This document shows, piece by piece, positions 8,321 through 18,470 of a DNA stretch of 42,075 nt. The notes under the pieces were generated by a model that saw only the letters and a program-made list of their open reading frames with translations, was not told where the DNA came from and did no database searches. A program made the translations under genes and the position numbers. This DNA is from Candidatus Methylomirabilota bacterium (GTDB lineage: Bacteria; Methylomirabilota; Methylomirabilia; Methylomirabilales; JACPAU01): the NCBI GenBank assembly GCA_022614955.1, contig JAKEHP010000254.1, forward strand, positions 1-42,075. The letters run 5' to 3'. Position 1 is the first letter of the stretch. Each line of letters starts with the position of its first letter.

Positions 8321-8352
8321 CCCCGGCGCCGCTACACGGCGCGGGACTTCCC
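8321..8352 (-). promoter_or_regulatory. Putative bacterial SECIS element
   Basis: Minus strand UGA-GGGAAG-UCCC-GCGCCG-UGUAG-CGGCGC-C-GGGG: perfect 6-bp upper stem, bulged C, lower stem, G in second loop position, loop starting after 16 nt downstream of UGA. Confidence 0.65.
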
Positions 8353-9294
8353 TCAGCCCCCGCCCGACCCGCAGCCACCCCCCCCGGACCCGCACCCGCC
8401 GCCCGACCCGCACCCACCCCCCTTGGACCCGCAGCCCCCACCGGAGCCGCAGCTACCGGAGATGGGGGGGATCGCGGGCTGGTCGGGGTAGTCCGCCTTC
8501 CGGACCGCCACCTCGTTGGCCCGGTACCGGACGAAGCTCCCATCCTCGAGCTGGACCATCAGGCTCTCCTCGAGAACATGGTGCTGCTTCACGAGACCCG
8601 CCCCCTGGTGGGTCATCACGTGTCCCCCGACCTTGGGCAGGCCTCTCCGGAGGTCCTGGTACATCGTGTACTCGTAGGAGAGGCAGCATTTCAGGCGGCC
8701 GCAGGCCCCGGAGATCTTCGAGGAGTTGAGGGAGAGGTTCTGCTCCTTGGCCATCTTGATGCTGATCGGCTGGAACTCCTTCAGCCAGGACTTGCAGCAG
8801 AGGGTCCGGCCGCAGGTGCCGATCGCCCCCGTGACGCTGGCCTCGTCCCGGGCGCCGATCTGGCGCATCTCGATCCGCATCCGGAGGCGGTGGGCCAGGT
8901 CCCGGACCAGGTTCCGGAAGTCCACCCGCCCCTCGGCGTTGAACCGAACCAGGCAGCGGGACTGGTCGCCGGAGAAGCGCACGTCCACCAGGTTCATCGG
9001 GAGCTGGTGCTGCTGAATCGCCTCCTCCACCGCGACCCGCGCCTCCTTCTGTCGGGCCTTGAGGTGCTCCGCCCGCTCCAGGTCGGCGGGGGTCGCGGGC
9101 CGCCGGATCTCCCGAAGCGGCTTCGTCAACTTGTGGACGGGGTAGTAGGGGACCTTCGCGGTGACCTTCCCGACCAGGATCCCGCGATCGCTCTCCACCA
9201 CTACCGGCATGCCCAGGGAAATCGGGAGCGACCCGGCGTAGTAAAACTGCTCACGCTCCTGGTCGCCGAAGCTCACCTTCACGACGGGTGCCAT
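8332..9294 (-). CDS. PSP1/YaaT(RicT)-family Fe-S protein with Cys/Gly/Ser tail; candidate selenoprotein (TGA 8353-8355 read as Sec; otherwise ends at 8353)
   Basis: EGRVDFRNLVRDLA..RIEMRQIGARDEA..GTCGRTLCC..KISGACGRLKCCLSYE PSP1 motifs; SD GGAGGTG before ATG 9294; holB-PSP1-metG order. Confidence 0.9.
8353..8455 (-). repeat. Imperfect 18-21 bp tandem repeat encoding (C-G-S-G-G-G)n
   Basis: TGCGGGTC(C/G)GG(C/G)GGNGGN units; protein SCGSGGGCGSKGGGCGSGGGCGSGGGGCGSGGG. Confidence 0.9.
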
Positions 9295-10300
9295 TCCTGT
9301 CACCTCCAGACGCGGGAGCGAGAAGATCCCGCAACCGGAACAGAAGCGCCTCACAGGTGAGGCGCGGGTTGGCGTTGGTCTCCAGGGCCTCGCGGGCAGC
9401 CGCCACGACGGCCACCGCCTCGGCCAGTGCCTCCACCGGGAACCCCCCGGCCGCCGCCGCCAGGGCGTCGGCCCGGTCCCGGTTCACCACGAGCCCGGGG
9501 TGCCCCAGGACCGCGGTCACCAGCAGGTCTCGGCACCAAGTGAGGAGCAGGTCGAACGCCTCGCCCAGGCCCTCCCGGTCCCGCGCGATCTCCTCGGCGA
9601 GTTCGACGCAGGCGGCCGGGCCCCGCTCGAGGGCTGGGAAGAGCCGACTGAGCAGGGCATCCCGGGTCTCGAGCACCGCCTCGCCCGCCAGCGCCAGCGC
9701 ACCCCCCACGCTCCCCCGCGCCAGGGCTGCCACGGCGTGAGCCCGGTCGGCGGGGACGCCCGCCGCTGCCAGGTGCCGCGCGATGAGAGCCTCCGGCACC
9801 GGACCGAAAGCCAGGCGCTGGCAGCGGGACACGACCGTGGGGAGCAGCGCACCCGCCCGCTGGGCCAGGAGGATGAACGTGGTGGCCCCCGCTGGCTCCT
9901 CCAGCGTCTTCAGGAGGGCGTTCTGGGCCTGCTCCGTCAGCGCCTCGGCCGGGTCCAGCAGGGCGAAGCGGCGGCTTCCCTCGTAGGGGCGGCGGCCCAC
10001 CTCCTCCCGCAGGGCCCGCACCTGCTCGATCCGTACCGTCGCCTCTTCCGGGGTCAGGAGGAGCACGTCCGGATGGACCCCGGCAGCGACCTTCCGGCAG
10101 GCCACGCAGGCGCCGCAGGCGTCCCCGTCCGGGAGGCGGTGCAGACAATTCACCGCCTGGGCGAGCGCGAACGCGACCCGGCGCTTCCCAACTCCCCCGG
10201 GTCCGACGAACAGGTACGCGTGCGCCAGGCGATCCGCCCGGAGAGCCTGCCGCAGGAGGGCGACGGCTCGGTCCTGTCCGATGATTCCACCGAAACCCAT
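9251..10300 (-). CDS. holB: DNA polymerase III subunit delta'
   Basis: IIGQ, HAYLFVGPGGVGK, CxxxxxxxxxCxxCxxC Zn module, HPD, AQNALLKTLEEP, SRCQ. Confidence 0.95.
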   Translation of the reverse strand: MGFGGIIGQDRAVALLRQALRADRLAHAYLFVGPGGVGKRRVAFALAQAVNCLHRLPDGDACGACVACRKVAAGVHPDVLLLTPEEATVRIEQVRALREEVGRRPYEGSRRFALLDPAEALTEQAQNALLKTLEEPAGATTFILLAQRAGALLPTVVSRCQRLAFGPVPEALIARHLAAAGVPADRAHAVAALARGSVGGALALAGEAVLETRDALLSRLFPALERGPAACVELAEEIARDREGLGEAFDLLLTWCRDLLVTAVLGHPGLVVNRDRADALAAAAGGFPVEALAEAVAVVAAAREALETNANPRLTCEALLFRLRDLLAPASGGDRNGTRREGELRRPGA

Positions 10301-10671
10301 GGATGCTCCGGGTGCTCGCCGGCCCCCTGTGGCCGGGAATCCTAGCACAACAGGGAAGGCGCGACCAACAGGGTTTTGCGCGGTCCGCCTAACGTGCCGG
10401 CTCCCCTTTCGTTGAGCGGAGGCAGGCAGCGGGCCGTCCTGAAATCCTCCGTCTGCTGACCCAAAGATGCCGAGATTGCCCCTATAGGATCAGGGTTTCC
10501 CTCTCTCCTACCAGCTCAAAATGGGTCGGATTCGCCCGAGCCGAGGCGCCTTGAGACCCCTTGGAAGGTCATAGAAGCCAATGAAATCAGCAAAGATTCG
10601 ATGGTTTTCACTATCCGGAATACCTGAAGGGAAGCGCAGACCGCAATCCTGCCGGGAGGGCCTTGAGCCGA

Positions 10672-10688
10672 TTGGCATTGATATTGCT
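10672..10688 (+). promoter_or_regulatory. Sigma54 (-24/-12) promoter
   Basis: TTGGCATTGATATTGCT matches TGGCAY-N5-TTGCW. Confidence 0.7.
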
Positions 10689-10933
10689 GGTGCCGGTGGG
10701 TGGGACCGACATCAAAATCACGTGAAACGACTTGTCCCCCTGGCCAGGCGGCGCGTTCATCGCCGCCGCCGAGGAGATGGCCATCGGTGGGGACCCGAGT
10801 TCGTCGGGAGGGTGGTCATCGAATGCGGGTTTCCTCTCCGCGTCCTCGCCTGGCGGGAGGTGACCGAGCGATCGAGGCCAGCAGGATGGGTGGAGGCGAT
10901 GCGCCGCCCTGCCAGGCAGGGACGGTGGAGGAG

Positions 10934-11578
10934 ATGACGATGAAAGCGACACAGGCTCTCCCGTGGTGGCAACGAAAGTTCTACGTCCACCCGATCCAAC
11001 GGAAGTATTTCTTCCTCTCCCTGGTCCCGCTGATCGTCTGTGCGTTCCTCCTGCTCTTCCTGGTCTTCACTCCCCTGACGCTGTCTTTCCTGGGGCCGGC
11101 CTTCGATCCCGAGAAGGTGGCCACCCTGGGACAGATCCACGCCCTGGCTGTCCGGATCTGGCCTGCCGTGCTCCTCAGCATGCTCGTCATCTCCCTCGTG
11201 AGCATTTTCGTCACCCACAAGTTTGCCGGGCCCCTCTACCGCATCGAGCGGATGATGCAGGGGGTCGCGGAGGGAAATCTCCCGTCCTCCGTTCGGGTTC
11301 GGAGTGACGATGACCTCCAGGATCTGGCGCGGCATCTGGACAAGGCTTTCGGGAGGATCACCTCGGCCCTGACAGGGATTCGGGAGCGAGGGGTGGTGGC
11401 AGCGAGGGAGCTGGCCGTCCTCCAGGGGAAGTGCAAGGTTGGGCTGAAGGACGCCGGGGAGATCCTACAGGGCCTGGAGGAAATCGGCCGTTGCCATCGG
11501 GAGGTGGAGAATATCCTGGGCGGTTTCAGGTTCCCAGGCCGGAGTGACGATGAAGGCGGCCAGGACCGGGAAGCCTGA
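10934..11578 (+). CDS. Membrane protein with two TM helices, HAMP domain and short coiled coil (MCP-like, no signalling domain)
   Basis: SD GGAGGAG; two hydrophobic segments; THKFAGPLYRIERMMQGVAEGNL..VRVRSDDDLQDLARHLD HAMP pattern. Confidence 0.8.
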   Translation: MTMKATQALPWWQRKFYVHPIQRKYFFLSLVPLIVCAFLLLFLVFTPLTLSFLGPAFDPEKVATLGQIHALAVRIWPAVLLSMLVISLVSIFVTHKFAGPLYRIERMMQGVAEGNLPSSVRVRSDDDLQDLARHLDKAFGRITSALTGIRERGVVAARELAVLQGKCKVGLKDAGEILQGLEEIGRCHREVENILGGFRFPGRSDDEGGQDREA

Positions 11579-11834
11579 GAAAGCGCCGGCCCTCGCTTCT
11601 CATAGAGCGTCCCTCTCCTGATCGCGTTCCTCTCGTTCCCCTCGAAAGCACCTAGCCCGCAGGCCGATCCCGTTGCCGATCCCGTCCCCCGGGATCAGGC
11701 TGCCGGCGGGCACGCCCCCGTTCTCGGGTTCCACGGTAGGGAGATCATCCGCCCCGCGCCCTGGCCTTTTGGCTGCATCCGGGGGCGTGGTAGACTGGCC
11801 CGCTCACGGCATCGGAACAGGGTGGGCGGGAGGC

Positions 11835-12461
11835 GTGGTGCACCTGCGGGAAGGGATCCTACTGGCCCTCGAGGGGATTGACGGGGCGGGGAAGACCACG
11901 CAGGCGCGTCGTCTGGAAGCCACGCTGGGGGAGGCCGGCTACCCCGTTCTCTATACCCGCGAGCCGACGGCCGGTCCCACCGGGCAGCGCCTTCGGGCTC
12001 TCATCGCGGGGGGCCGGGTGGGGCTGAGTCCCGAGGAGGAACTTAACCTCTTCGTCCGCGACCGGCAGGAGCACGTCCTGGCCGTCATCCGACCGGCCCT
12101 GGCCCACCACAAGGTGGTTCTCCTGGACCGGTACTACTTCTCGACGATGGCTTACCAGGGGGCGCTCGGCCTGGACCCCGAGGCGATCCGCCGCCGCAAC
12201 GAGGCCTTCGCGCCGCGCCCGCACCTGACCTTCGTCCTGGACCTCCCCCCCTCGGCGGGCCTTGCCCGGATCCGCCACGCGCGGCAGGCCGCCCCGGACA
12301 CCTTCGAGCGGGAGGAGTATCTGGAGCGGGTCCGGACCATCTTCGCCGGACTCAGCGGCCCGGACATCCTCCATCTGGATGCGACGCAGCAGACCGACGT
12401 CCTTGCCACCCGGATCCGGGAGGCGGCCTACGCTTTCCTCCGTCCCCGCCAGGCCCCCTAG
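11835..12461 (+). CDS. tmk: Thymidylate kinase
   Basis: LALEGIDGAGKTT, TREP, LDRYYFSTMAYQG; GTG start after GGAGG. Confidence 0.93.
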   Translation: MVHLREGILLALEGIDGAGKTTQARRLEATLGEAGYPVLYTREPTAGPTGQRLRALIAGGRVGLSPEEELNLFVRDRQEHVLAVIRPALAHHKVVLLDRYYFSTMAYQGALGLDPEAIRRRNEAFAPRPHLTFVLDLPPSAGLARIRHARQAAPDTFEREEYLERVRTIFAGLSGPDILHLDATQQTDVLATRIREAAYAFLRPRQAP

Positions 12462-12465
12462 CGCA

Positions 12466-13277
12466 CTAGTGCCCGCCCCCCGGCGCCCCCCCCGGGGGCT
12501 TCTTGTGCCGCTCCAGGACCTGCTTCGCCGCGCGCGAGACGGCCGCCGGGATGTTCCGGTTTCGGGCCAGCCCCTCGACCTCCTTCTCTGTCAGGCTGGC
12601 GATCCCCAGCCCAAGCGAGACCCCCACGGGGGTCTTCGGGTTGTGCAGGAGGGCCAGGACCACCAGCTTGTTGCTCCGGTGGCGCTTCATGTTGGCGATC
12701 TCCCGGAGGACCTTCTCCGAGACGTCCCGCATCTGGGCGATGCTCATGATCTCGGTGTCGGTGATGCGGGGGCCCTTCACCACCTCGAGCGCCACCATCT
12801 CGTTCGCGTCCTTGACCAGGATCATCCGGGCTTCCTTGTCCCCCTTCTTGGCCAGCGTCAGCTTCTGGCCGGCGGCGAGTCCCTTGATCGTGGCGAAGAG
12901 GCTCTTCTTTTTCTCCTCTTCGGTCGCCCCCCGGGCCTCCTGGTGAAGCATGGCCTCCACCGCCGCGATCTCCTCCTCGGTGGCCGCCGGGTTCTCCAGG
13001 ACCGCCTGGGGGATCTGGGGGGAGCGGCCCAGGAGGCGGCGATTCCCCGTGAGCTGCTTCAGGAGGCTGAGGGGGGCGGCGCGGGCGATCCTGGCCAGCA
13101 GAGAGGGGGGGGTGGCGGGGTGGAACAGGATGAGCTGCCAGATCTCCTCGTCCACCACCGGCTGGGAAAACACGTGGTCCAGAAGGGCGGGGTCGGCCTT
13201 TGGGTCCCGGATGAGGCTGAGGAGCTGGTCGCGGGAGACGCCCTCCAGGAACTCGCCGGAGAGGGGGAGGTCGGCCA

Positions 13278-13278
<1 letters not shown>
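12466..13278 (-). CDS. Conserved hypothetical alpha-helical repeat protein (LRV/HEAT-like NPxTP repeats)
   Basis: HPATP, ENPAAT, KGPRITD, HNPKTP repeats; KLTLAKKGDKEARMILVKD; start overlaps the selA stop (TGATG). Confidence 0.75.
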
Positions 13279-14684
<1,406 letters not shown>

Positions 14685-14765
14685 CCGTCGTCGCCTCCCG
14701 GCGACGGGTCTTGCTTAGCATAGTTCCGAGGGGGGTTCAACGGAAAGTTCCCGCCCTGAGGGCGC

Positions 14766-14802
14766 AGAAGAACGCCCGGCCACCCGTGGGGGGCGGCCGG
14801 GC
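14766..14802 (-). terminator. Putative intrinsic terminator after the zinc-ribbon gene
   Basis: GCCCGGCCGCCC...GGGTGGCCGGGC hairpin followed by GTTCTTCT on the minus strand. Confidence 0.55.
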
Positions 14803-14819
14803 GGACTGGGGCAGGAAAA

Positions 14820-15122
14820 TCAGGCCGGCGTAGAGCGGGGGGCGGATGCGCGGCGGGCCTGGAAGCAGGTCTTGCAGTAGACCGGCTTGTCCAGGACCGG
14901 CCGGAAGGGGACCGTGGTCCGCTGCCCGCACTGGGAGCACGTCACCTCGTGCTCCTCCCGCGTGGGGTTCCCGGTCGCCCCGCGCCGGAGGGCCTTGCAA
15001 GGCTTGCAGCGTTTCGGCTCGTTGGTGAATCCCTTCTGGGCGAAGAACTCCTGCTCCCCCACGGTGAAGACGAACTCCTGGCCGCAGTCCACGCAGGTCA
15101 AGGTCCTGTCCTGAAAGGGCAT
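14820..15122 (-). CDS. Zinc-ribbon protein (zf-trcl plus CxxC-x17-CxxC domain)
   Basis: FQDRTLTCVDCGQEFVFTVGEQEFFAQKGFTNEPKRCKPC...CSQCG..TTVPFRP...PVYCKTC; SD GAGGAG before ATG 15122. Confidence 0.92.
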   Translation of the reverse strand: MPFQDRTLTCVDCGQEFVFTVGEQEFFAQKGFTNEPKRCKPCKALRRGATGNPTREEHEVTCSQCGQRTTVPFRPVLDKPVYCKTCFQARRASAPRSTPA

Positions 15123-15211
15123 CCGGGTCTCCTCGGCGCCCGCGCCGGGGCGGCCGGCCCACGGCTGCGCGGCAAAGACGGGTGGCACCTCCGGCTCACG
15201 CGGATCGGATC

Positions 15212-16411
15212 TTATCCCATAGGCACCCCCCGGGCCGGGACCGCCCCGCCGGCCGCCAGCCCGAACCGCGGGAAGATGAGCTCCTGGACGGCCGCCACGC
15301 TCGCCCGGGCGTATCGCCAGGCCTGCGCCCGCTCGAGGGGGTCGGGCGGAGCGAGCGGGTCGCTCAGGGTCTCCAGCCGAATGCCTTGCTCCTGGAGGGC
15401 GCGCCGGGCGGCGTCCGGGAGCAGGTCCGGGATCTCCCGGCCCGTCATGACGGCCCAGGCGGCCGCCCAGGCCCGGGGGACGTTCGCCAGGTCGTATCCC
15501 CCGCCCCCCAGCGCGACCCACGGGAGGTCGCACCCCCGGAGGATCTCCACGGCCCGCCGGAACCCCTGGATGGTGAGCTTGAGGTGGGCCAGCGGGTCCG
15601 TCCGGTGCGTGTCGATCCCGAGCTGGGTGACGAGCAGGTCGGGGGCGTAGGCCCGCAGCAGGGGAGGGACCACGGCCTCCAGCGCCCAGAGGAAAATCTC
15701 GTCGTCGGTGCCGGGGGCGAGGGGGACATTCACGCTGAACCCTTCCCCGGGCCCCGCCCCGGTCTCCTCCGGGAACCCGGTGCCGGGGAAGAGGGTCTCG
15801 CCGGTCTCGTGCAGGGAAATGGTCAGGACCCGGTCGGTGTCGTAGAACCCGAACTGCACGCCATCCCCGTGGTGGGCGTCAATGTCCACGTACGCCACCC
15901 GCCTGCCCCGGGCGAGGAACTCCGCGATGAGCACCGCGGCATCGTTCACGTAGCAGAAGCCGGAGGCGCGGGCGGGGGCGGCGTGGTGCAGCCCCCCCGC
16001 GATGTTGAAGGCGACCCGGACCTCCCCCGCCTCCACCAGCCTCCCGGCAGAGAGCGTCGCGCCTGCCAGCAGGGCCGAGTACTCGTAGAGGCCGGGGAAG
16101 GTGGGGTTATCCCCGCTCCCGAGACCCCATCGCAGCAGGTCCCACCCGGGCTCGCCGGCGGAGGCCCGCTTGAGGGCGGCCAGGTACTCGGGCCGGTGGA
16201 AGCGGTGGAGGTCCTCGTCGGGGGCGGGCTTCGCGGGCAGCACCCGGACGCCCGGGCCGTCGAGCAGGCCGTAGGCGCCCGCCACCTCGACGGTCAGCGC
16301 CAACCGGCTGATCCGCATGGGGTGGGCGGCACCGTAGTCGAAACGGGCGTACTCGTCAGAGAAGAAGAAGGCGATCGGCGGGGGCTCGTGCATGGTCGGG
16401 GCGCGGCGCAT
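15212..16411 (-). CDS. acuC: Zn-dependent deacetylase, AcuC/histone deacetylase family
   Basis: HPM, GDNPTF, GGLHHA, SGFCYVND, YVDIDAHHGDGVQ, LGGGGY; start 16411 or 16393. Confidence 0.9.
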   Translation of the reverse strand: MRRAPTMHEPPPIAFFFSDEYARFDYGAAHPMRISRLALTVEVAGAYGLLDGPGVRVLPAKPAPDEDLHRFHRPEYLAALKRASAGEPGWDLLRWGLGSGDNPTFPGLYEYSALLAGATLSAGRLVEAGEVRVAFNIAGGLHHAAPARASGFCYVNDAAVLIAEFLARGRRVAYVDIDAHHGDGVQFGFYDTDRVLTISLHETGETLFPGTGFPEETGAGPGEGFSVNVPLAPGTDDEIFLWALEAVVPPLLRAYAPDLLVTQLGIDTHRTDPLAHLKLTIQGFRRAVEILRGCDLPWVALGGGGYDLANVPRAWAAAWAVMTGREIPDLLPDAARRALQEQGIRLETLSDPLAPPDPLERAQAWRYARASVAAVQELIFPRFGLAAGGAVPARGVPMG

Positions 16412-16426
16412 CCAGGCGCCGCGGGG

Positions 16427-16912
16427 CTATTCCTCGCCGGGGCGGAGGTACTCTCCGCTCTTGCCGCCGCGCTTCGCCACCAGGCGGACGTCGCCGATCA
16501 CCATCCCCTTGTCCACGGCCTTGCACATGTCATAGATGGTCAGGGCGGCCACCGACACGGCGGTGAGGGCTTCCATCTCGGCCCCCGTCTGCCCGGTGGT
16601 CTTTACCCGGGACTCGATCTCGATGCGGGCCGCGTCCTCGCGGGGGGCGAAGGTCACCTCGGCGGAGGTGATGAGGAGGGGATGGCAGAGAGGGATGAGC
16701 TGGTCAACCCGTTTGGCGGCCAGGATGCCCGCTACGCGCGCAGCCGCCAGCACGTCACCCTTGGGGAGGGCCTCGTCCAGGATCAGGCGGATGGTCTGCT
16801 TCTGGCACGCGACGTGACCGCGGGCCACCGCCTCGCGGGCGGTCTCGGGCTTGGCGGTCACATCCACCATCTTGGCCCGCCCCTGCGGGTCAAGATGAGA
16901 GAACCTTCTCAT
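16427..16912 (-). CDS. moaC: Cyclic pyranopterin monophosphate synthase
   Basis: [48 protein letters not shown]. Confidence 0.97.
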   Translation of the reverse strand: MRRFSHLDPQGRAKMVDVTAKPETAREAVARGHVACQKQTIRLILDEALPKGDVLAAARVAGILAAKRVDQLIPLCHPLLITSAEVTFAPREDAARIEIESRVKTTGQTGAEMEALTAVSVAALTIYDMCKAVDKGMVIGDVRLVAKRGGKSGEYLRPGEE

Positions 16913-17135
16913 TCTGTCCCATGAACTGGCGCATGATGGCGTACATCTGGTCCTTCACCACGAGCTTCATCTTCTGCAGCTCTTTGCGCTTCCGCTCCTG
17001 CTCGGTGGTCAAATAGTAGATCCGGTCGAACTCCCCGATCTTCTGGTCGTACTCCCGATGCTTCTCGGCGAGGCGGCGGAATTCGGGATGCTCCTCCTTC
17101 AGCCGCGCAAAGAGCTGCGCCTCCGTTTCATTCAT
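16890..17135 (-). CDS. DUF465/YdcH-family small coiled-coil protein
   Basis: [19 protein letters not shown]...[13 protein letters not shown]; strong SD AAGGAGGTG. Confidence 0.85.
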   Translation of the reverse strand: MNETEAQLFARLKEEHPEFRRLAEKHREYDQKIGEFDRIYYLTTEQERKRKELQKMKLVVKDQMYAIMRQFMGQNEKVLSS

Positions 17136-17181
17136 CTTTCACCTCCTTGGGGGGAGCGGGGAGAAACGGGGAGAAACAGGA

Positions 17182-17204
17182 ACGCCCCGGGGGTCCCGGG
17201 GCGT
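17182..17204 (-). terminator. Terminator-like hairpin inside the leader of the DUF465-moaC operon
   Basis: ACGCCCCGGG-acc-CCCGGGGCGT followed by TCCTGTTTCT on the minus strand. Confidence 0.5.
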
Positions 17205-17316
17205 GCAGGCTGGCTAGGGGTGGACGACTGGGCCGGAACGGAGCGGAAGAGCAGAACCTCTGGCGTGAGCGACCGGCGCATACCCACCGTCGGTAGGGGA
17301 AAACCTACCACGCGTC

Positions 17317-17345
17317 AGCCTAGTCCAGAGCCGGGGACAAGTCAA
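17317..17345 (-). promoter_or_regulatory. Sigma70 promoter for the DUF465-moaC operon
   Basis: TTGACT-17 bp-TAGGCT on the minus strand. Confidence 0.65.
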
Positions 17346-17369
17346 GGCAAAAAGCGGTGGCCGAGCGGC

Positions 17370-18470
17370 CTAGGGGCGCGGAGAGAGTCGTGGCAGGCAG
17401 TGGGCTGCGGAGGCCTTGAAGGTGGCGATGACCGCTGTCCCCTCCGCCAGACCGAGCGCGGCGGCGGAGGGCCGGGTCACCAGGGCCGTCACGGGCGCGC
17501 CGCAGTCCAGGTGGACCCGGAGCAGCGGCCCGGCCGCGACGAGCCTGACCACCCGGCCGGGGAGATTATTCCGCGCGCTGCTCACGCGCCCCCTCTCCGC
17601 CGCCGGCAGCAGCGTCACATCCTCCGGGCGGAGGCACAGGAGGGCCCGCTCCCCGGCGGGGAGGGTCCCGACTGCCTGGACCCGGTTTCCCGCCACCTCC
17701 AGGGTCAGGAGACCCTCCGCCGCCCCCAGAACGGTCCCCTCCAGAATGGTGTCCGCCCCCACGAGGCGCGCGACGGCCGGGGTGGCCGGCCGCGTGAAGA
17801 CCTCCGCTGCCGGCCCCACCTGCGCCACCCGGCCCTCGAGCAGGACCGCGACCCGGTCGCCCAGCCGCAGGGCCTCGGCCCGGTCGTGGGTGACCAGGAC
17901 CGCCGCTATCCCACGCTCTCGCTGCAGGGCCAGGAACTCCTCCTGCAGCGGCTCGCGGCTCCCCGGGTCGAGGGCGGCGAAGGGCTCGTCCAGCCCGAGC
18001 AGGTCCGGGTCGGGGGCGAACGCCCGCGCCAGGCTCACCCGCTGCGCCTCCCCCCCGGAGAGGGTCGCAGGCCGCCGGCCAGCCACCCCGGCCACACCGA
18101 GGCGCTCGAGCCAGCGGAGCGCCCGGGTCTCCGCCTCGTGCCGGGGCACCCCCCGCAGGCGCAGCGGCAGCGCGGCGTTCGTCAGGGCGGTGGCGTCGAG
18201 CAGGAGCGGCTCCTGGAAGCAGCAGCTCAGCCGCCGACGCCAGGAGACCCGCCCCGCGGCCGCAACGGGGGCTCCCTCGAAGATCACCTCGCCAGCCGAC
18301 GGGGCCTCGAGGAGCGTCAGCACCCGGAGGAGGGTGGATTTCCCTGCCCCGTTCGGCCCGAGGAGGGCGAGGATCTCCCCGCGCTCCACCGTAAGGGCCC
18401 CCACCGCCAGAACCGTCCGGTCCCCATAGCGGACCCGGACATCGCGCAGGCTGGTGAACGGTGCGCTCAT
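17370..18470 (-). CDS. Tungstate/molybdate ABC transporter ATPase with TOBE domains (TupC-like)
   Basis: GPNGAGKST, LSGGEAQR, LDEP, VTHD; C-terminal SSARNNLPG...FKASA TOBE domains. Confidence 0.9.
   Translation of the reverse strand: MSAPFTSLRDVRVRYGDRTVLAVGALTVERGEILALLGPNGAGKSTLLRVLTLLEAPSAGEVIFEGAPVAAAGRVSWRRRLSCCFQEPLLLDATALTNAALPLRLRGVPRHEAETRALRWLERLGVAGVAGRRPATLSGGEAQRVSLARAFAPDPDLLGLDEPFAALDPGSREPLQEEFLALQRERGIAAVLVTHDRAEALRLGDRVAVLLEGRVAQVGPAAEVFTRPATPAVARLVGADTILEGTVLGAAEGLLTLEVAGNRVQAVGTLPAGERALLCLRPEDVTLLPAAERGRVSSARNNLPGRVVRLVAAGPLLRVHLDCGAPVTALVTRPSAAALGLAEGTAVIATFKASAAHCLPRLSPRP

Noticed and set aside
8259-8543. N-terminal extension of metG in the ORF track (749 aa)
   Set aside because: It is an alternative-frame reading of the PSP1 repeat tail; MetG homology starts at ATG 8258.
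17136-17316. Canonical Moco/Wco riboswitch upstream of moaC
   Set aside because: The conserved family motifs could not be found by eye; kept only as an unclassified structured leader.
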